A stretch of DNA of 57,143 nt from a bacterium (GTDB lineage: Bacteria > JAJRZV01). Position numbers and translations under genes: made by a program. Below, piece after piece: positions 39,701 to 49,056 of the stretch; position 1 is the stretch's first letter; each line of letters starts with the position of its first letter. The notes under the pieces are model-generated. The model did no database searches and was not told the DNA's origin. It saw nothing but the letters and a program-made list of their open reading frames with translations. The DNA is taken from contig JAJRZV010000130.1 in the NCBI GenBank assembly GCA_024275095.1, positions 1 through 57,143 on the forward strand. The letters are read 5' to 3'.

Positions 39701-41031
39701 CATCGTACGGCTGGTTGCCTGCTGATTCACGCCATGTGGAATGCACGGACTGTCACAATCCTCACAAGACCGCCCAGGGAAACCACACCCCGGGAAGCGG
39801 GGGCTTGGGCGCTGCCAATCAGGGTGTATGGGGCGTGCAGATTACGTCCGAGGGCGACGTGTATTCGGCAGGAACCGCGGATTTCACCAATGGTTCCTGT
39901 ACGGTCACTGGAACCGGCACGGCGTGGACCACCATACCCAATCCCACAGAATGTAACATCCACTGCACCACGGATACCAAGAAGATCAACTATCCGATAG
40001 CTTCGGTTGACAGCGACACCCAACTCACCATTCTGGACCTGAGGGGTTCGGGGGCATGTTACGAGGGATCCTGTGGTGCCGGGTCCAGCTACGAAATCGT
40101 ATGCCCGCGTAATCTCCAGTACGCGCGCGTGGAATCAGTGAACAACCAGTACGAAATCTGCTTTAAGTGTCACACCCCCTATGCTTGGGACCTTACGCCT
40201 CCGGTGACCCTTTCGGGTGGTCCCAACGGGCAGGTGTGGGCGGAAACCGATGTCGCTCAGGACTTCAGCACGCATAATCTTGCATACCATCCACTATTTG
40301 CCCCGGGCCTTTTTCAGCCCCCGGATGACGCCAATCCGTATTGGGATGGCAGTGCCGCCTATGGCAACAAGGCAACGACAGCTACCGCCTGTCCCAATGC
40401 CAATCCCAACGCAGGCTATGACAACACCTTTGTGGATTGCTGGGGCAAGCAGTCACTGGTTACGTGTTCCGACTGTCACTCCACGGATGCTCCCGGGAAT
40501 GACATCCCCGAGGGACCCCACGGGTCCGCGTTCAAGTGGTTGCTCAGGGGTGTTGACCCGAATGTTACTGTTACGCTGGCGGACGGTACTGTAATTTACC
40601 TTAACCAGGATGCCAATGTACAAACATATCCCCGGATGTTCTGCGTGAACTGCCACCGTGCAGACGTGTATTTCCCATTGTATTCTTCAAGTACGTTTTA
40701 CTGGGATCTTTCTCGCTACCAGCACGACGACCCCAACTCCAGTTGTTTCGGTACAGACCTTGTGGATGGAGAGGGTACGCGATTTGAAAACCCGTGCATG
40801 AACTGTCACGGCGGGCGCTCGCCCGGTCAGATCCACGGCTCCAACTTGGGAGTGGGCTCCCTGGGTTCCTCGCCCCAAGGATTCCGCTTCATGAACGGTT
40901 CTTCGTGGGTGGGGCACACCACGGGCCTCACGGGCGGGACGTGTTATACTCTCAGCGCGGCGAACGATTTGAGCACGTGTACCCAGCATTCCACAGGAAG
41001 GAGTTATACGGGCATGAACTTTTCGTATTGA
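36742..41031 (+). CDS. Large extracellular multiheme cytochrome with N-terminal Ig-like domains (13 CxxCH + degenerate CISCP)
   Basis: Signal/TM segment, about 590 aa of T/V/S/D-rich beta domains, then a CxxCH array. Confidence 0.92.
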   Translation: MKKIFARLGSIRWKFVLLAGGVILGLMVWTLKGYAPPPPPSTVTMYPLNVAPASIEEGSTDDFIRFYFLTDQGQAYVTSITVTKAGTIAEGDVQVSLYKSTNNVWDASDTLLAGPQSFVGGVTTFTGLSEAVTDTIQAYYFIVLSVAPGTAGTTAGVNLVDPCFSVDVGAPICTTTDYAPVPVLAAGQVPDVLVVEPYDIAPFYAAPGETDVPVLKLDMYALSNTVVWTALTVYLSGTNAADTDVASVKIYKESGVTPGFQSSEDTLISSGTDVFSGGVTTVDILTSEVIGGTPETYYLVYDVASGANTNANIGATVLSDSFAVASPDVVSSLNLPFSSKEIDIIVPDSTIGTLDYVVSSCNQVVLSWFFTGDENNNSYTYFESSTDATWGNADDVVVCAEVSSVPPRNCTVVGIDLSTTPLYFRAVHYDPDGTSGGTFVTAQTAYVDVGPVDCTVVTGNPPVVNILNPADGTVVAGNAAYPVTVQVSVWDLETAPSNLTVEISVDGGAWDSTGWLYNPNWENVDINLYVYEWPWRPTTPGLHTLAVRARDGDGNAGYAYYNVRVYVNAVTTVSVGDYEMFPGSGLLLVRGGASIMCMSCHNVSTHGGYVWSSTKYGNWAINCRICHVPHGTRNIYLITENIKTPSSGVKSVDFRAITGDPAVDLGLMGNMQDGVDSNVCEVCHTKTTHYKNTNLGDDHGGKDGIDCTACHPHAQGFKPEPEGRGGYNCAICHPDLFQPINTSTTTYHHYLNNAEPIYPEILTPSELPTDTTDRNCLICHADHDIFRPDLNPDNTIGRAANLRVDISTAPTTTSGFTNTDFDSSTGTSICISCPKDVMNKNTTTRNSSDGVTQTIVIDGTAFLSSIHNYTIPMTIATDGSIFNANCIKCHNDTMSPKSSVNAYTGSPFELAPHDSALRWILNPFDLIASDPLEEDFCYKCHSGDVAGKDYFGVASMTARARGIQSQFAKTYIHPITASGRHKTIEGSSYGWLPADSRHVECTDCHNPHKTAQGNHTPGSGGLGAANQGVWGVQITSEGDVYSAGTADFTNGSCTVTGTGTAWTTIPNPTECNIHCTTDTKKINYPIASVDSDTQLTILDLRGSGACYEGSCGAGSSYEIVCPRNLQYARVESVNNQYEICFKCHTPYAWDLTPPVTLSGGPNGQVWAETDVAQDFSTHNLAYHPLFAPGLFQPPDDANPYWDGSAAYGNKATTATACPNANPNAGYDNTFVDCWGKQSLVTCSDCHSTDAPGNDIPEGPHGSAFKWLLRGVDPNVTVTLADGTVIYLNQDANVQTYPRMFCVNCHRADVYFPLYSSSTFYWDLSRYQHDDPNSSCFGTDLVDGEGTRFENPCMNCHGGRSPGQIHGSNLGVGSLGSSPQGFRFMNGSSWVGHTTGLTGGTCYTLSAANDLSTCTQHSTGRSYTGMNFSY

Positions 41032-41052
41032 TTTTCCCGCAACCGAGGGGAA

Positions 41053-42083
41053 GGGGTCAGGTCTTGACATTTGACATTTTTGGTTGAATAAAAATTTTCT
41101 GTCTTTTAAAATACTTTTCATGGCGCGTCCTTTAAGAGTCCAGTTTGAAGGTGCTTTTTATCACGTATTTGCCAGAGGTAATCGTAAGGAGCATATTTTC
41201 TATTCTTACAGGGATTATTCAGTGTTTCTTGAGAAACTTGCAGAAGCAGCGAAAAAATACAGCCTTCTTATTTATGCCTATGCACTCATGCCCAATCACT
41301 ATCATCTGGCGGTTGAGACTCCATTTGCCAATTTGAGCGAAGCCATACATTTTCTTAACAGTGCTTATACAAACTGGTTTAGAGAAAAACACCAGATTGT
41401 GGGACCAATTTTTCAGGGCAGATTTAAGTCCGTTATCGTGGATAAGGATTCTTACCTGCTTTCTCTTGTTGCCTACATTCATTTGAATCCAGTTAAAGGT
41501 CGCCTAGCCGAGTCGCCTGAAAAATATCTCTGGAGCAGTCACAGATTTTATGTGAAAGAGAAAAGGGCTCCTGAATGGCTTGCTGTGGGTCCGGTTCTTT
41601 CAATGTTTTCTTCTGGATCAGGAAAAGGGAGAAAGGCTTTTCATCGTTTCGTTACAGGGTTCCGAATAGATCTTGAGCAAGAGATAAAAAAGGGTTTTAT
41701 TCTGGGGGATGAAAGTTTTGTAAATATGATTCAGGAGAGGGTGAAATCATCCAGGTTGTCTCCGGAAATTCCTGAGGCAAAGAGGTTGATGTGGAAAGTG
41801 GATGCTCCTGAAAGAGCTGTGGAGCTCATACGTAAAATTGAAGGGTGGAGCGAGAAAGAGGTGTTTTCTCCGAGAAGTGATGCTCATAAAATCACTGTCT
41901 ACCTTCTTAAGAAATTTTCACCCTTTTCCCTTCAGGAAATTGCTGAGTTATTTAAAACCCATTACTCCAGTCTAACGGTAAAGGTAAAGAGATTTGAAAA
42001 GAGAATGGCCAACGACCGGAAACTGCGAGAGAAAGTTGAGGAAATAAAAAAGAGGTATTTGTCAAATGTCAAGACCTGACCCC
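41053..42083. mobile_element. TIR-flanked Y1 tyrosine transposase element (TIRYT/RAYT-type)
   Basis: Perfect 24-bp inverted repeats GGGGTCAGGTCTTGACATTTGACA at 41053-41076 and 42060-42083, AA on both outer sides; interior visibly more AT-rich than the flanks. Confidence 0.85.
41120..42079 (+). CDS. HUH Y1 (IS200-like/REP-associated) tyrosine transposase with C-terminal HTH
   Basis: MARPLR..YHV..RGN, LMPNHYHL (HUH), FQGRFKS, YIHLNP, Y.WSS; stop codon lies inside the right IR. Confidence 0.92.
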   Translation: MARPLRVQFEGAFYHVFARGNRKEHIFYSYRDYSVFLEKLAEAAKKYSLLIYAYALMPNHYHLAVETPFANLSEAIHFLNSAYTNWFREKHQIVGPIFQGRFKSVIVDKDSYLLSLVAYIHLNPVKGRLAESPEKYLWSSHRFYVKEKRAPEWLAVGPVLSMFSSGSGKGRKAFHRFVTGFRIDLEQEIKKGFILGDESFVNMIQERVKSSRLSPEIPEAKRLMWKVDAPERAVELIRKIEGWSEKEVFSPRSDAHKITVYLLKKFSPFSLQEIAELFKTHYSSLTVKVKRFEKRMANDRKLREKVEEIKKRYLSNVKT

Positions 42084-43544
42084 AAGGGGGTTGTTGTATG
42101 GGTTGTGTGGGTTTTGGTAATTGTGTGTGGATGTGCAGAGGGAAAGCAGGCCTGGAAGCTCGATTCTTTTCTGGGACGCACGATTTTTGAGACCGATGCC
42201 ACAGGTTACTTTCGGGTGGAGCAAAGGAATAGAACGTGGTGGATCATAACACCGGAAGGTCACCCATTTTTTTCCACCGGTGTCAATGCTGTGCATCCCT
42301 ACGGCTATTACGTGAAGGCACTGGGATATTCCCCGTACCGGGAAGCGGTGAAGTCAAAATACGGGGATGAAGATGCATGGGCTTCTGCCACCCTTCAAAG
42401 ATTGTTAAGCTGGAATTTCAACACCCTTGGAGCATGGAGCGCTTATGACCTTTTCAATAAGGTGGGAATCCATTCGCCTTCTGTGGACGAGCTGGAGGAG
42501 CAGGCATATTCAACACCGGCAACATTCCGAATGCCGTACACGGTGATTCTCTACACCTCGGGTGCCTCATGGCTGAGAGGAACGATTGTGGATTTCTTTT
42601 CCCAGGAATTCAGAGACCACGCCTATAAGGTGGCAGAAAGTTATTGCAAGCCGTTGAGTACAGACCCCTATCTCCTTGGTTATTTTCTGGATAACGAGAT
42701 GAGGTGGGGAGTCGACTGGCGTGGAGCTAAAACATTCTTTCAGGAATATTTTTCACTGCCTGCAACAGCTCCCGGGAAGCAAAAGCTGGTGTCATTTCTC
42801 AGGTCCCGATACAGAAACGATGTGAATTCTTTGAACTCTGCATGGTGTGTGTCTGTAAACGATTTTGATGACCTGCTCTCGATGACCGAACTTCAGGGTT
42901 GCCGACCGGAGACACCGGAGGCAAAGGAAGACCGCTCGGAATTCCTCTACCTTGCTGCAGGCGAATATTTCCGTGTGAGTGCTGAAGCCATTCATGCCTA
43001 CGATCCCAATCATTTAATCCTGGGTGCTCGCATACAGGCACTCGTTGCTCCTCCGGAGGTGGTGAGAGCGTGTGGAGAACATTCGGATGTTGTGAGCATC
43101 AATTTCTACGAACTGGAAGGATTGCTCGAGGAATATATCCAGCGTGCAGGAGAGGCATTCGGATATCCTTCGGGCTATCTTTCTGCAGAGGACAACTTCA
43201 GGCTTTTTTATGAAATTACGGGCAAGCCGATTCTCATCAGCGAATTTGGTTACCGGGCCGCGGATTCTGGACTTCCCAATTCGTATCCTCCCGGCTTTCT
43301 CACTCTTCCGAATCAGTATGAACGTGCCGCTGCCTTTGAGCGTTTTGCTGTTCGTGTGGCTTCGGCACCGTGGATTGTGGGGTATCACTGGTTTTCCTGG
43401 GTGGATGAGCCGGAGGAGGGCCGCTTTGACGGTGAAGATTCTAACTGGGGAATTGTCAATGAAGACGACGAGCCTTACCTTCCACTTGTGGATAAAATGA
43501 CAGAAGTGAACAATTCTGTGTGGGAAATCCATAAAGATCACTGA
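42066..43544 (+). CDS. Clan GH-A glycoside hydrolase lipoprotein (beta-agarase/GH50-like); start uncertain
   Basis: VCGC lipobox-like motif, WWIITPEG..FFS.GVN, WNFNTLGAWS, LGYFLDNE, DPNHLILG.R, ISEFG, GYHWF.W.DE. Confidence 0.8.
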   Translation: MSRPDPKGVVVWVVWVLVIVCGCAEGKQAWKLDSFLGRTIFETDATGYFRVEQRNRTWWIITPEGHPFFSTGVNAVHPYGYYVKALGYSPYREAVKSKYGDEDAWASATLQRLLSWNFNTLGAWSAYDLFNKVGIHSPSVDELEEQAYSTPATFRMPYTVILYTSGASWLRGTIVDFFSQEFRDHAYKVAESYCKPLSTDPYLLGYFLDNEMRWGVDWRGAKTFFQEYFSLPATAPGKQKLVSFLRSRYRNDVNSLNSAWCVSVNDFDDLLSMTELQGCRPETPEAKEDRSEFLYLAAGEYFRVSAEAIHAYDPNHLILGARIQALVAPPEVVRACGEHSDVVSINFYELEGLLEEYIQRAGEAFGYPSGYLSAEDNFRLFYEITGKPILISEFGYRAADSGLPNSYPPGFLTLPNQYERAAAFERFAVRVASAPWIVGYHWFSWVDEPEEGRFDGEDSNWGIVNEDDEPYLPLVDKMTEVNNSVWEIHKDH

Positions 43545-43564
43545 AAGCCCAGCTTTTGCGTGAA

Positions 43565-43575
43565 TGTGGTATAAT
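43565..43575 (+). promoter_or_regulatory. Extended -10 sigma70 promoter
   Basis: TGTGGTATAAT 35 bp upstream of the ATG at 43610. Confidence 0.6.
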
Positions 43576-43609
43576 GAAATATTCAAAATAATAAAGGTGT
43601 ATCTTTCTC

Positions 43610-45424
43610 ATGGTTGAAATCAACCCCGGAAAGCCTCTCCTTGATGCGTTGCTTGCGCACGTGATGATTTTCCAGGATATTCCCCGACCGGAAGGTTTGT
43701 TTGGAGGAGAGATCGTTCAGAAACATGTTGACTACCTTCTTGGGCAGGGACTTGTAAAAGAAGAGGGCGGTAAAATTCTCATCGCCGAAAAAAAACATCG
43801 TGTGTTGGATTTCCTTCCGTGGGTTGGTCATACGACCGCGTTTCTTTCCCGCTCCGCTCTTAACATGCCGCCGGAGGCAATACGCATGATGATAAACACC
43901 GCGATGAACGCGGAGGAGGTTCGTTCCGCTTTTGATAAAATCCCTGAACGTTTCCGCGGAATTATTCTCTCTGCCGAGTACAGAAGAAAGGTTTTGTTCA
44001 CACGGGGTGAAGCGGAGGAAATCGCGCGTGTTTGTCCACCACCGTTCCTCTTTTTTCTCAGGTGCCGCGGTCACTTTCGTGTTGTTGTTCCCCTGGAGGT
44101 AGAGAACGTGTTTGCTGGACATACGCTTCGCTATCACGAGGGATTCCCTCTTTTCTCGTTCGCCCTCAGTGGTATTCACCAGGATGGCCCCTCTCAGCTG
44201 GCACCGGTGGATTTGCTTGTTTCGCGGTTGATCAGTGACGGGCTCAGATGTCACCGGCACACTGGAAGAATCCTCATTTCCGAAATTCGTTCCCTGATAG
44301 ATGTCGCTGACTATTCTAAGGAAGTACTCGAGAAAGCAGGAAAATTTGTATCTGCACACCTTGCAGAAAAGAACAATAATTGTCTGTATATTCCACAGGA
44401 TACATTTTTGCTTGTTACAGATGATCGGGGCTGGGAAAGAGCTCTCGCGGAATACCTGCAACGAGTATATCCCGAAGTGTCGTGGTTCTTTTTTCTCCTG
44501 CCGAAGGACGGAGCTTTTCATTTGCCCGCCGCGGGAACCGTTACCGGAGCCCCTGAACGTGTAAAGGAAGCAGTGGATTGGCTGGAAGAAATGGGTGCAG
44601 GCACCAGGCAATCGAGCGATGTATTTGTTCTTTACGCGAGAAGGTCTTATCAACACACCCGGGTGTATGCCCAATCTAATGGAGAAATTCATGTTACCGG
44701 TCCCCCGGATCGGGTTCGAGTGTTCGCGTTGTCAGCATTTGCGAGACTCGCGAGGGCGGGCCAGTATCACACTGTTTTGGTGCTTCGCAGGGACGTTGTT
44801 CTCAGGAATGCGTGGAGATTTGGAACGTCAGAGCAGGCTTTAAAGGTTTTCCGTAAAGAAACCGGTGACACTGTACTTCTTCATCGTCTCAAAAACTTGC
44901 TGAAGTATTAACGCCCCATAAGAGAGTGGTCTGATAAACTGGAACGGAGGAGTGGAAATGATTCTAAGGTTTCTTTACTTGACCCAGACTATCATGCAAG
45001 GGTTGCTGCGTGCCTTCGACTCTTGAGACACCTGGCTGCTGACTCAAACCTGGAAGAAGAATTGCGCAGGCTTGAAGAGAAAGCAACGATGTTCGTGCCC
45101 AACATGGAGGATATAGAAAGTCACTATTACCTGCTTCTTCAATATTTTGGCATGTTATCACAGCGTGCAGTGAAGAATTCCCGGATTGCCAGAAATGGAA
45201 GATCAGTCAAGTCTCAACTGCAAAAAGCTTTCAAAAAAGGGAAGCCGCTGGATCTTGTGGTAGAAGAACCGTGTATGAATGGAAAACGTCGGCGACTGAT
45301 TACTGCAGAGATCGTTGAGCTTCAGGATGGTGTGGTTGATGTGTGGAGGCGCGATAAGCATTACCTTGTAAGAATACCCTTGGAATACATCATGGGTGTG
45401 GTTGAGAAGTCACTTTCGAAATGA
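43610..45424 (+). pseudogene. XPB-partner protein (helicase-associated domain plus C-terminal WYL-like domain) interrupted by an in-frame TAA at 44909-44911
   Basis: ORFs 43610-44911 and 45023-45424 share a frame with 37 open codons between them; VYAQSNGEIHV..LSAFARL resembles Helicase_C_3 and the C-terminus is WYL-like; directly upstream of XPB. Confidence 0.65.
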
Positions 45425-47100
45425 AAGACGGTCCCATTATTGTTCAGGGTGACCTCACTGTACTTGCAGAGGCCCGGCATCCTGATTATTCGAAGGTAAG
45501 AACATATTTATCACGATTTGCAGAGTTAATTCGTTCTCCCGAGTATATTCACACATACACCATCAGCGATGTGTCGATATGGAATGCCATTTCTTCCGGC
45601 ATGAGCGTCGAAGAGATTATCCACGTACTCCACACGTACAGTCGTTATCCCGTACCCCCCCAGGTAGAAGAATTTATCACAGATATGGCCAGTCGCTACG
45701 GCCTTCTTTCCATTCTCCCGTGTGAAGAGGATCTGCTTCTGCTGAAAAGCCGGGAGCCCTCGGTGCTCGACATGGTAATGAATATCCGCGAGATAAAACA
45801 GATGGGCCTGCGTCGCCTGAGTCCCACGGAAGCGGTGTTTCCAAAACAGTATCGGGGAGAAGTGAAAAGGCGCCTCACAGAGGAACGTTTGCCTCCTCTC
45901 GATGAAGCAGGATACGAACCGGGAGCTCCTCTGAAAGTACGACTTCGAAGACGTTCAACGCGTGGTGAAAATTTTGAGTTGAGGTGGTACCAGCGAGAGG
46001 CGGTGGATTCATTCTGGAAAGACGGAGGCTTGCGGGGAGGTCACGGTATCATCGTACTCCCCTGTGGCGCGGGCAAGACCATTGTAGGCCTTGCAGTGAT
46101 GGAGAAGGTCTCAGCAGAAACCCTCATTGTTGTTACCAGCCGCACGGCCATACACCAGTGGATAGAAGAAATCCTTGACAAGACCGACCTCCAGGCGCAC
46201 CAGGTAAAAGAGTACAAAGGAAATGCTTCTGAACTCGCCCCGGTGACACTTACAACCTATCAGATGCTGACATACCGTCGTAGCAGGGATGAGGATTTCA
46301 GGCATTTTTCTGTTTTTCAAAATCGACAGTGGGGACTGATCATTTACGATGAGGTCCATGTGCTCCCTGCACCGGTGTTCAGGGTTACGGCTTTGATTCA
46401 GTCACGCAGGAGATTGGGTCTCACCGCGACCCTTATCAGAGAAGATGGTAGAGAGTACGACGTTTTCAGCCTTGTGGGTCCCAAGGTTTACGATGCTGCC
46501 TGGCGGGGCCTGGAATCTGAGGGTTTTATCGCACCGGTAAGATGTTTTGAGGTGCGCGTACCAATGACTTCCCGGACGTGGCACAGCTACATTAATGCGG
46601 GGAAGAGGCAGAAGTTTCGCATCGCCTCGGAAAATCCTCTCAAGGACGATGTTGCAGCGTTAATTGTTGAACAGCATCGTAACGATGGTGTGCTGGTGAT
46701 CGGTCACTACATTACCCAGCTCAAGCGGATGGCTCAAAGACTTGGTGCACCCATTATCACCGGTTCTACCCCTCAAAAGGAAAGGGATGAACTTTACAGG
46801 AGGTTTCGAGAGGGCAGGATGCGCGTATTAATTGTTTCGCGGGTTGCTAATTTCGCTGTAAACCTGCCTGATGCCACCGTGGCCGTTCAGATTTCGGGCA
46901 CGTTCGGTTCTCGCCAGGAAGAGGCCCAGCGGCTCGGCCGCATACTCAGGCCCAAGCGTGATGGGCGTGTGGCCCGGTTCTACTCCCTCGTTTCCGACGG
47001 GACCGTGGAGGTGGAATTTGCAGAAAAGCGCCAGCTGTTTCTTGCGGAACAAGGTTACATGTATGAAATCGTCAGGATGGAAGATTTAGTTGAACCATAA
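45421..47100 (+). CDS. Bacterial XPB/Ssl2-type DNA helicase
   Basis: PIIVQGD, LPCGAGKT, DEVH, GLTAT, FGSRQEEAQRLGRILRPK. Confidence 0.93.
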   Translation: MKDGPIIVQGDLTVLAEARHPDYSKVRTYLSRFAELIRSPEYIHTYTISDVSIWNAISSGMSVEEIIHVLHTYSRYPVPPQVEEFITDMASRYGLLSILPCEEDLLLLKSREPSVLDMVMNIREIKQMGLRRLSPTEAVFPKQYRGEVKRRLTEERLPPLDEAGYEPGAPLKVRLRRRSTRGENFELRWYQREAVDSFWKDGGLRGGHGIIVLPCGAGKTIVGLAVMEKVSAETLIVVTSRTAIHQWIEEILDKTDLQAHQVKEYKGNASELAPVTLTTYQMLTYRRSRDEDFRHFSVFQNRQWGLIIYDEVHVLPAPVFRVTALIQSRRRLGLTATLIREDGREYDVFSLVGPKVYDAAWRGLESEGFIAPVRCFEVRVPMTSRTWHSYINAGKRQKFRIASENPLKDDVAALIVEQHRNDGVLVIGHYITQLKRMAQRLGAPIITGSTPQKERDELYRRFREGRMRVLIVSRVANFAVNLPDATVAVQISGTFGSRQEEAQRLGRILRPKRDGRVARFYSLVSDGTVEVEFAEKRQLFLAEQGYMYEIVRMEDLVEP

Positions 47101-47178
47101 AAAAAGCATGATAAACTTCTGACTTGGGAGTTGTGAAGGAGGGTTGACTCTCTCAGATTTTATGAGTGGGGGTAAAAT

Positions 47179-48165
47179 ATGAAGCGAGTAATAGTGTTAT
47201 TCCTGCTGCTTGTTGTACCTCTGGCTGCCGGGGCGCAGAAAAAAATTATTATCAAACTGGGTACTGTTGCGCCAGAGGGCTCGACCTACATGGACGTGGC
47301 ACACCAGCTCGAAAAGGCTGTTGAAGCCCGCAGTGGCGGCCGTGTGGATGTAAGGTGGTATGCCGGAGGCGTCCTGGGTGATGAGCCTGACATGATAAGG
47401 CTCATGAAGTTGGGACAGCTTCACGGCGCAGGACTTACAGGAATGGGGCTCGGGCAGATTGATATCGCCATCAGGGCGGTGGAGCTTCCTTTTCTCATGA
47501 AAAATTACAGTGAAGTGGACAAGGTGCTGAACGGTTTGTTTCCTGTGTTCAAATCGCGAATCCTGGAGAGGGGATTTGTGATTATAGGAATAGCAGAAAA
47601 CGGGTTTGTGTACTTTTTTGGCAAACGGCCGATTCGAACAGTCGATGATATCAGGGGTTACAAGATGTGGGTCTGGGCTGCTGACTCATTTGCAATTGAA
47701 GCTTTTAAATCTATCCCGGGAGTCCTCAGCATTCCCCTTCCTCTGACAGATGTGCTGACAGCTCTTGCAACAGGAATCATAGAAGGTTTTTACAACACCC
47801 CTCTGGCTGCCGTGGCCCTTCAATGGACCACGCGTGTAAAGTACATGCTGGACATTCCCGTGGTTTACGGGAGTGCGTGGTTCATCATGGAAAAACGCTT
47901 TTTTGATTCACTTCCTGCAGACATTCAGAGGATCATCGTAGAGGTGGGGAACCATTACTTCAATATCATTCGCAAAAGTGCCCGCGAGGATAACAAGAAG
48001 GCCCTCAAGGCCATTGCCGAGTCGGGTATTGAAATCATAAAACCCTCACCCGAGGAGGAGAAGAGATTTGGACAGATAGGACTTGAGGCAAGAAAGAAGG
48101 TGATTAAAAAGTTCATTCCGCCGGAAATCATGCAGAGAATAGAGAAAATATTAGGACACCGTTGA
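47179..48165 (+). CDS. TRAP transporter substrate-binding protein DctP
   Basis: Signal peptide, KLGTVAPEGS, GGVLGDEPDM, DVLTALATG. Confidence 0.9.
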   Translation: MKRVIVLFLLLVVPLAAGAQKKIIIKLGTVAPEGSTYMDVAHQLEKAVEARSGGRVDVRWYAGGVLGDEPDMIRLMKLGQLHGAGLTGMGLGQIDIAIRAVELPFLMKNYSEVDKVLNGLFPVFKSRILERGFVIIGIAENGFVYFFGKRPIRTVDDIRGYKMWVWAADSFAIEAFKSIPGVLSIPLPLTDVLTALATGIIEGFYNTPLAAVALQWTTRVKYMLDIPVVYGSAWFIMEKRFFDSLPADIQRIIVEVGNHYFNIIRKSAREDNKKALKAIAESGIEIIKPSPEEEKRFGQIGLEARKKVIKKFIPPEIMQRIEKILGHR

Positions 48166-48178
48166 TAGGAGGCCGTCA

Positions 48179-49003
48179 ATGAGTGAAAAGGTTTCTTTTG
48201 GACCATGGGAAGTTACTCAGGAGAGTATTCTCAAGTATGCAGAAGGTATATCTGATACCAACCCCCGGCATACTGACCCTTCGAGAGAGGATTTCTGTGC
48301 ACCTCCCATGTACTCCGCCGTGTTCATCATTCCTGGCACTGCCAAGATCCTTTTTGAAAAAGACCTCGGCCTCAACGTGAGCAAGCTCGTTCACGGAGGC
48401 ATTGATATTCGGTTTGAGCGGCTTTTGCATCCTGGGGATTCGGTGACACTTTACGCCCGGCTTGACTCTGTTGAAGATAAAGGTAGTGGTAAGCTTGTCA
48501 ATATCACCTTTAGCGGAGTGGATTCTGAGGGTACAGAGGTGGTTTCAGGAATCACCAGGTATTTTGTTCGCGGAGATAAAAAGGGACAAAAAAGCGGAAC
48601 AAAAGAGGCAGCCGAGCAAGAGCGAGAGCCTGATCTCACGGGGACGCTTGTCGTGGCCGAGGATCAGCCACTCAAATATGCCGATGGTTCAGGAGACCGG
48701 TTCCCCATTCACACCGATGATAATTTTGCCCGCTCGGTTGGTCTTCCCGGCATTATTCTTCACGGAATGTGCACCCTTGCATTCGCAAGCAGAATATTTA
48801 TTGATAAATACCTGAAGGGTGACTCGTCACGTTTCAAGCGTATCGGCGTGCGTTTTTCGAGATACGTGCTTCCACGCGATGAATTAACACTGAAGGCTTG
48901 GAAAACAGGAGAGGAAGAAGGAAAGGAGCGGTTTTCATATATCATGGTCAACCAGAAGGGCGAGAAGGTTCTGGACGAGGGAGTGGCAGAGGTGGTCCCT
49001 TGA
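48179..49003 (+). CDS. MaoC-like double hot-dog dehydratase
   Basis: YA.GSGDRFPIHTD..FA..GLPGIILHGMCT hydratase motif. Confidence 0.88.
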   Translation: MSEKVSFGPWEVTQESILKYAEGISDTNPRHTDPSREDFCAPPMYSAVFIIPGTAKILFEKDLGLNVSKLVHGGIDIRFERLLHPGDSVTLYARLDSVEDKGSGKLVNITFSGVDSEGTEVVSGITRYFVRGDKKGQKSGTKEAAEQEREPDLTGTLVVAEDQPLKYADGSGDRFPIHTDDNFARSVGLPGIILHGMCTLAFASRIFIDKYLKGDSSRFKRIGVRFSRYVLPRDELTLKAWKTGEEEGKERFSYIMVNQKGEKVLDEGVAEVVP

Positions 49004-49056
49004 CTTGAGAACCCCACTTCCCAATAATTACAGGATTCTGGATGCGGGAGGATGGT

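Noticed and set aside
43583-44692. Long antisense ORFs (369 aa here; also 21051-22040, 27049-27783, 38230-38940)
   Set aside because: They are shadows of well-supported genes on the opposite strand and have no recognisable motifs.
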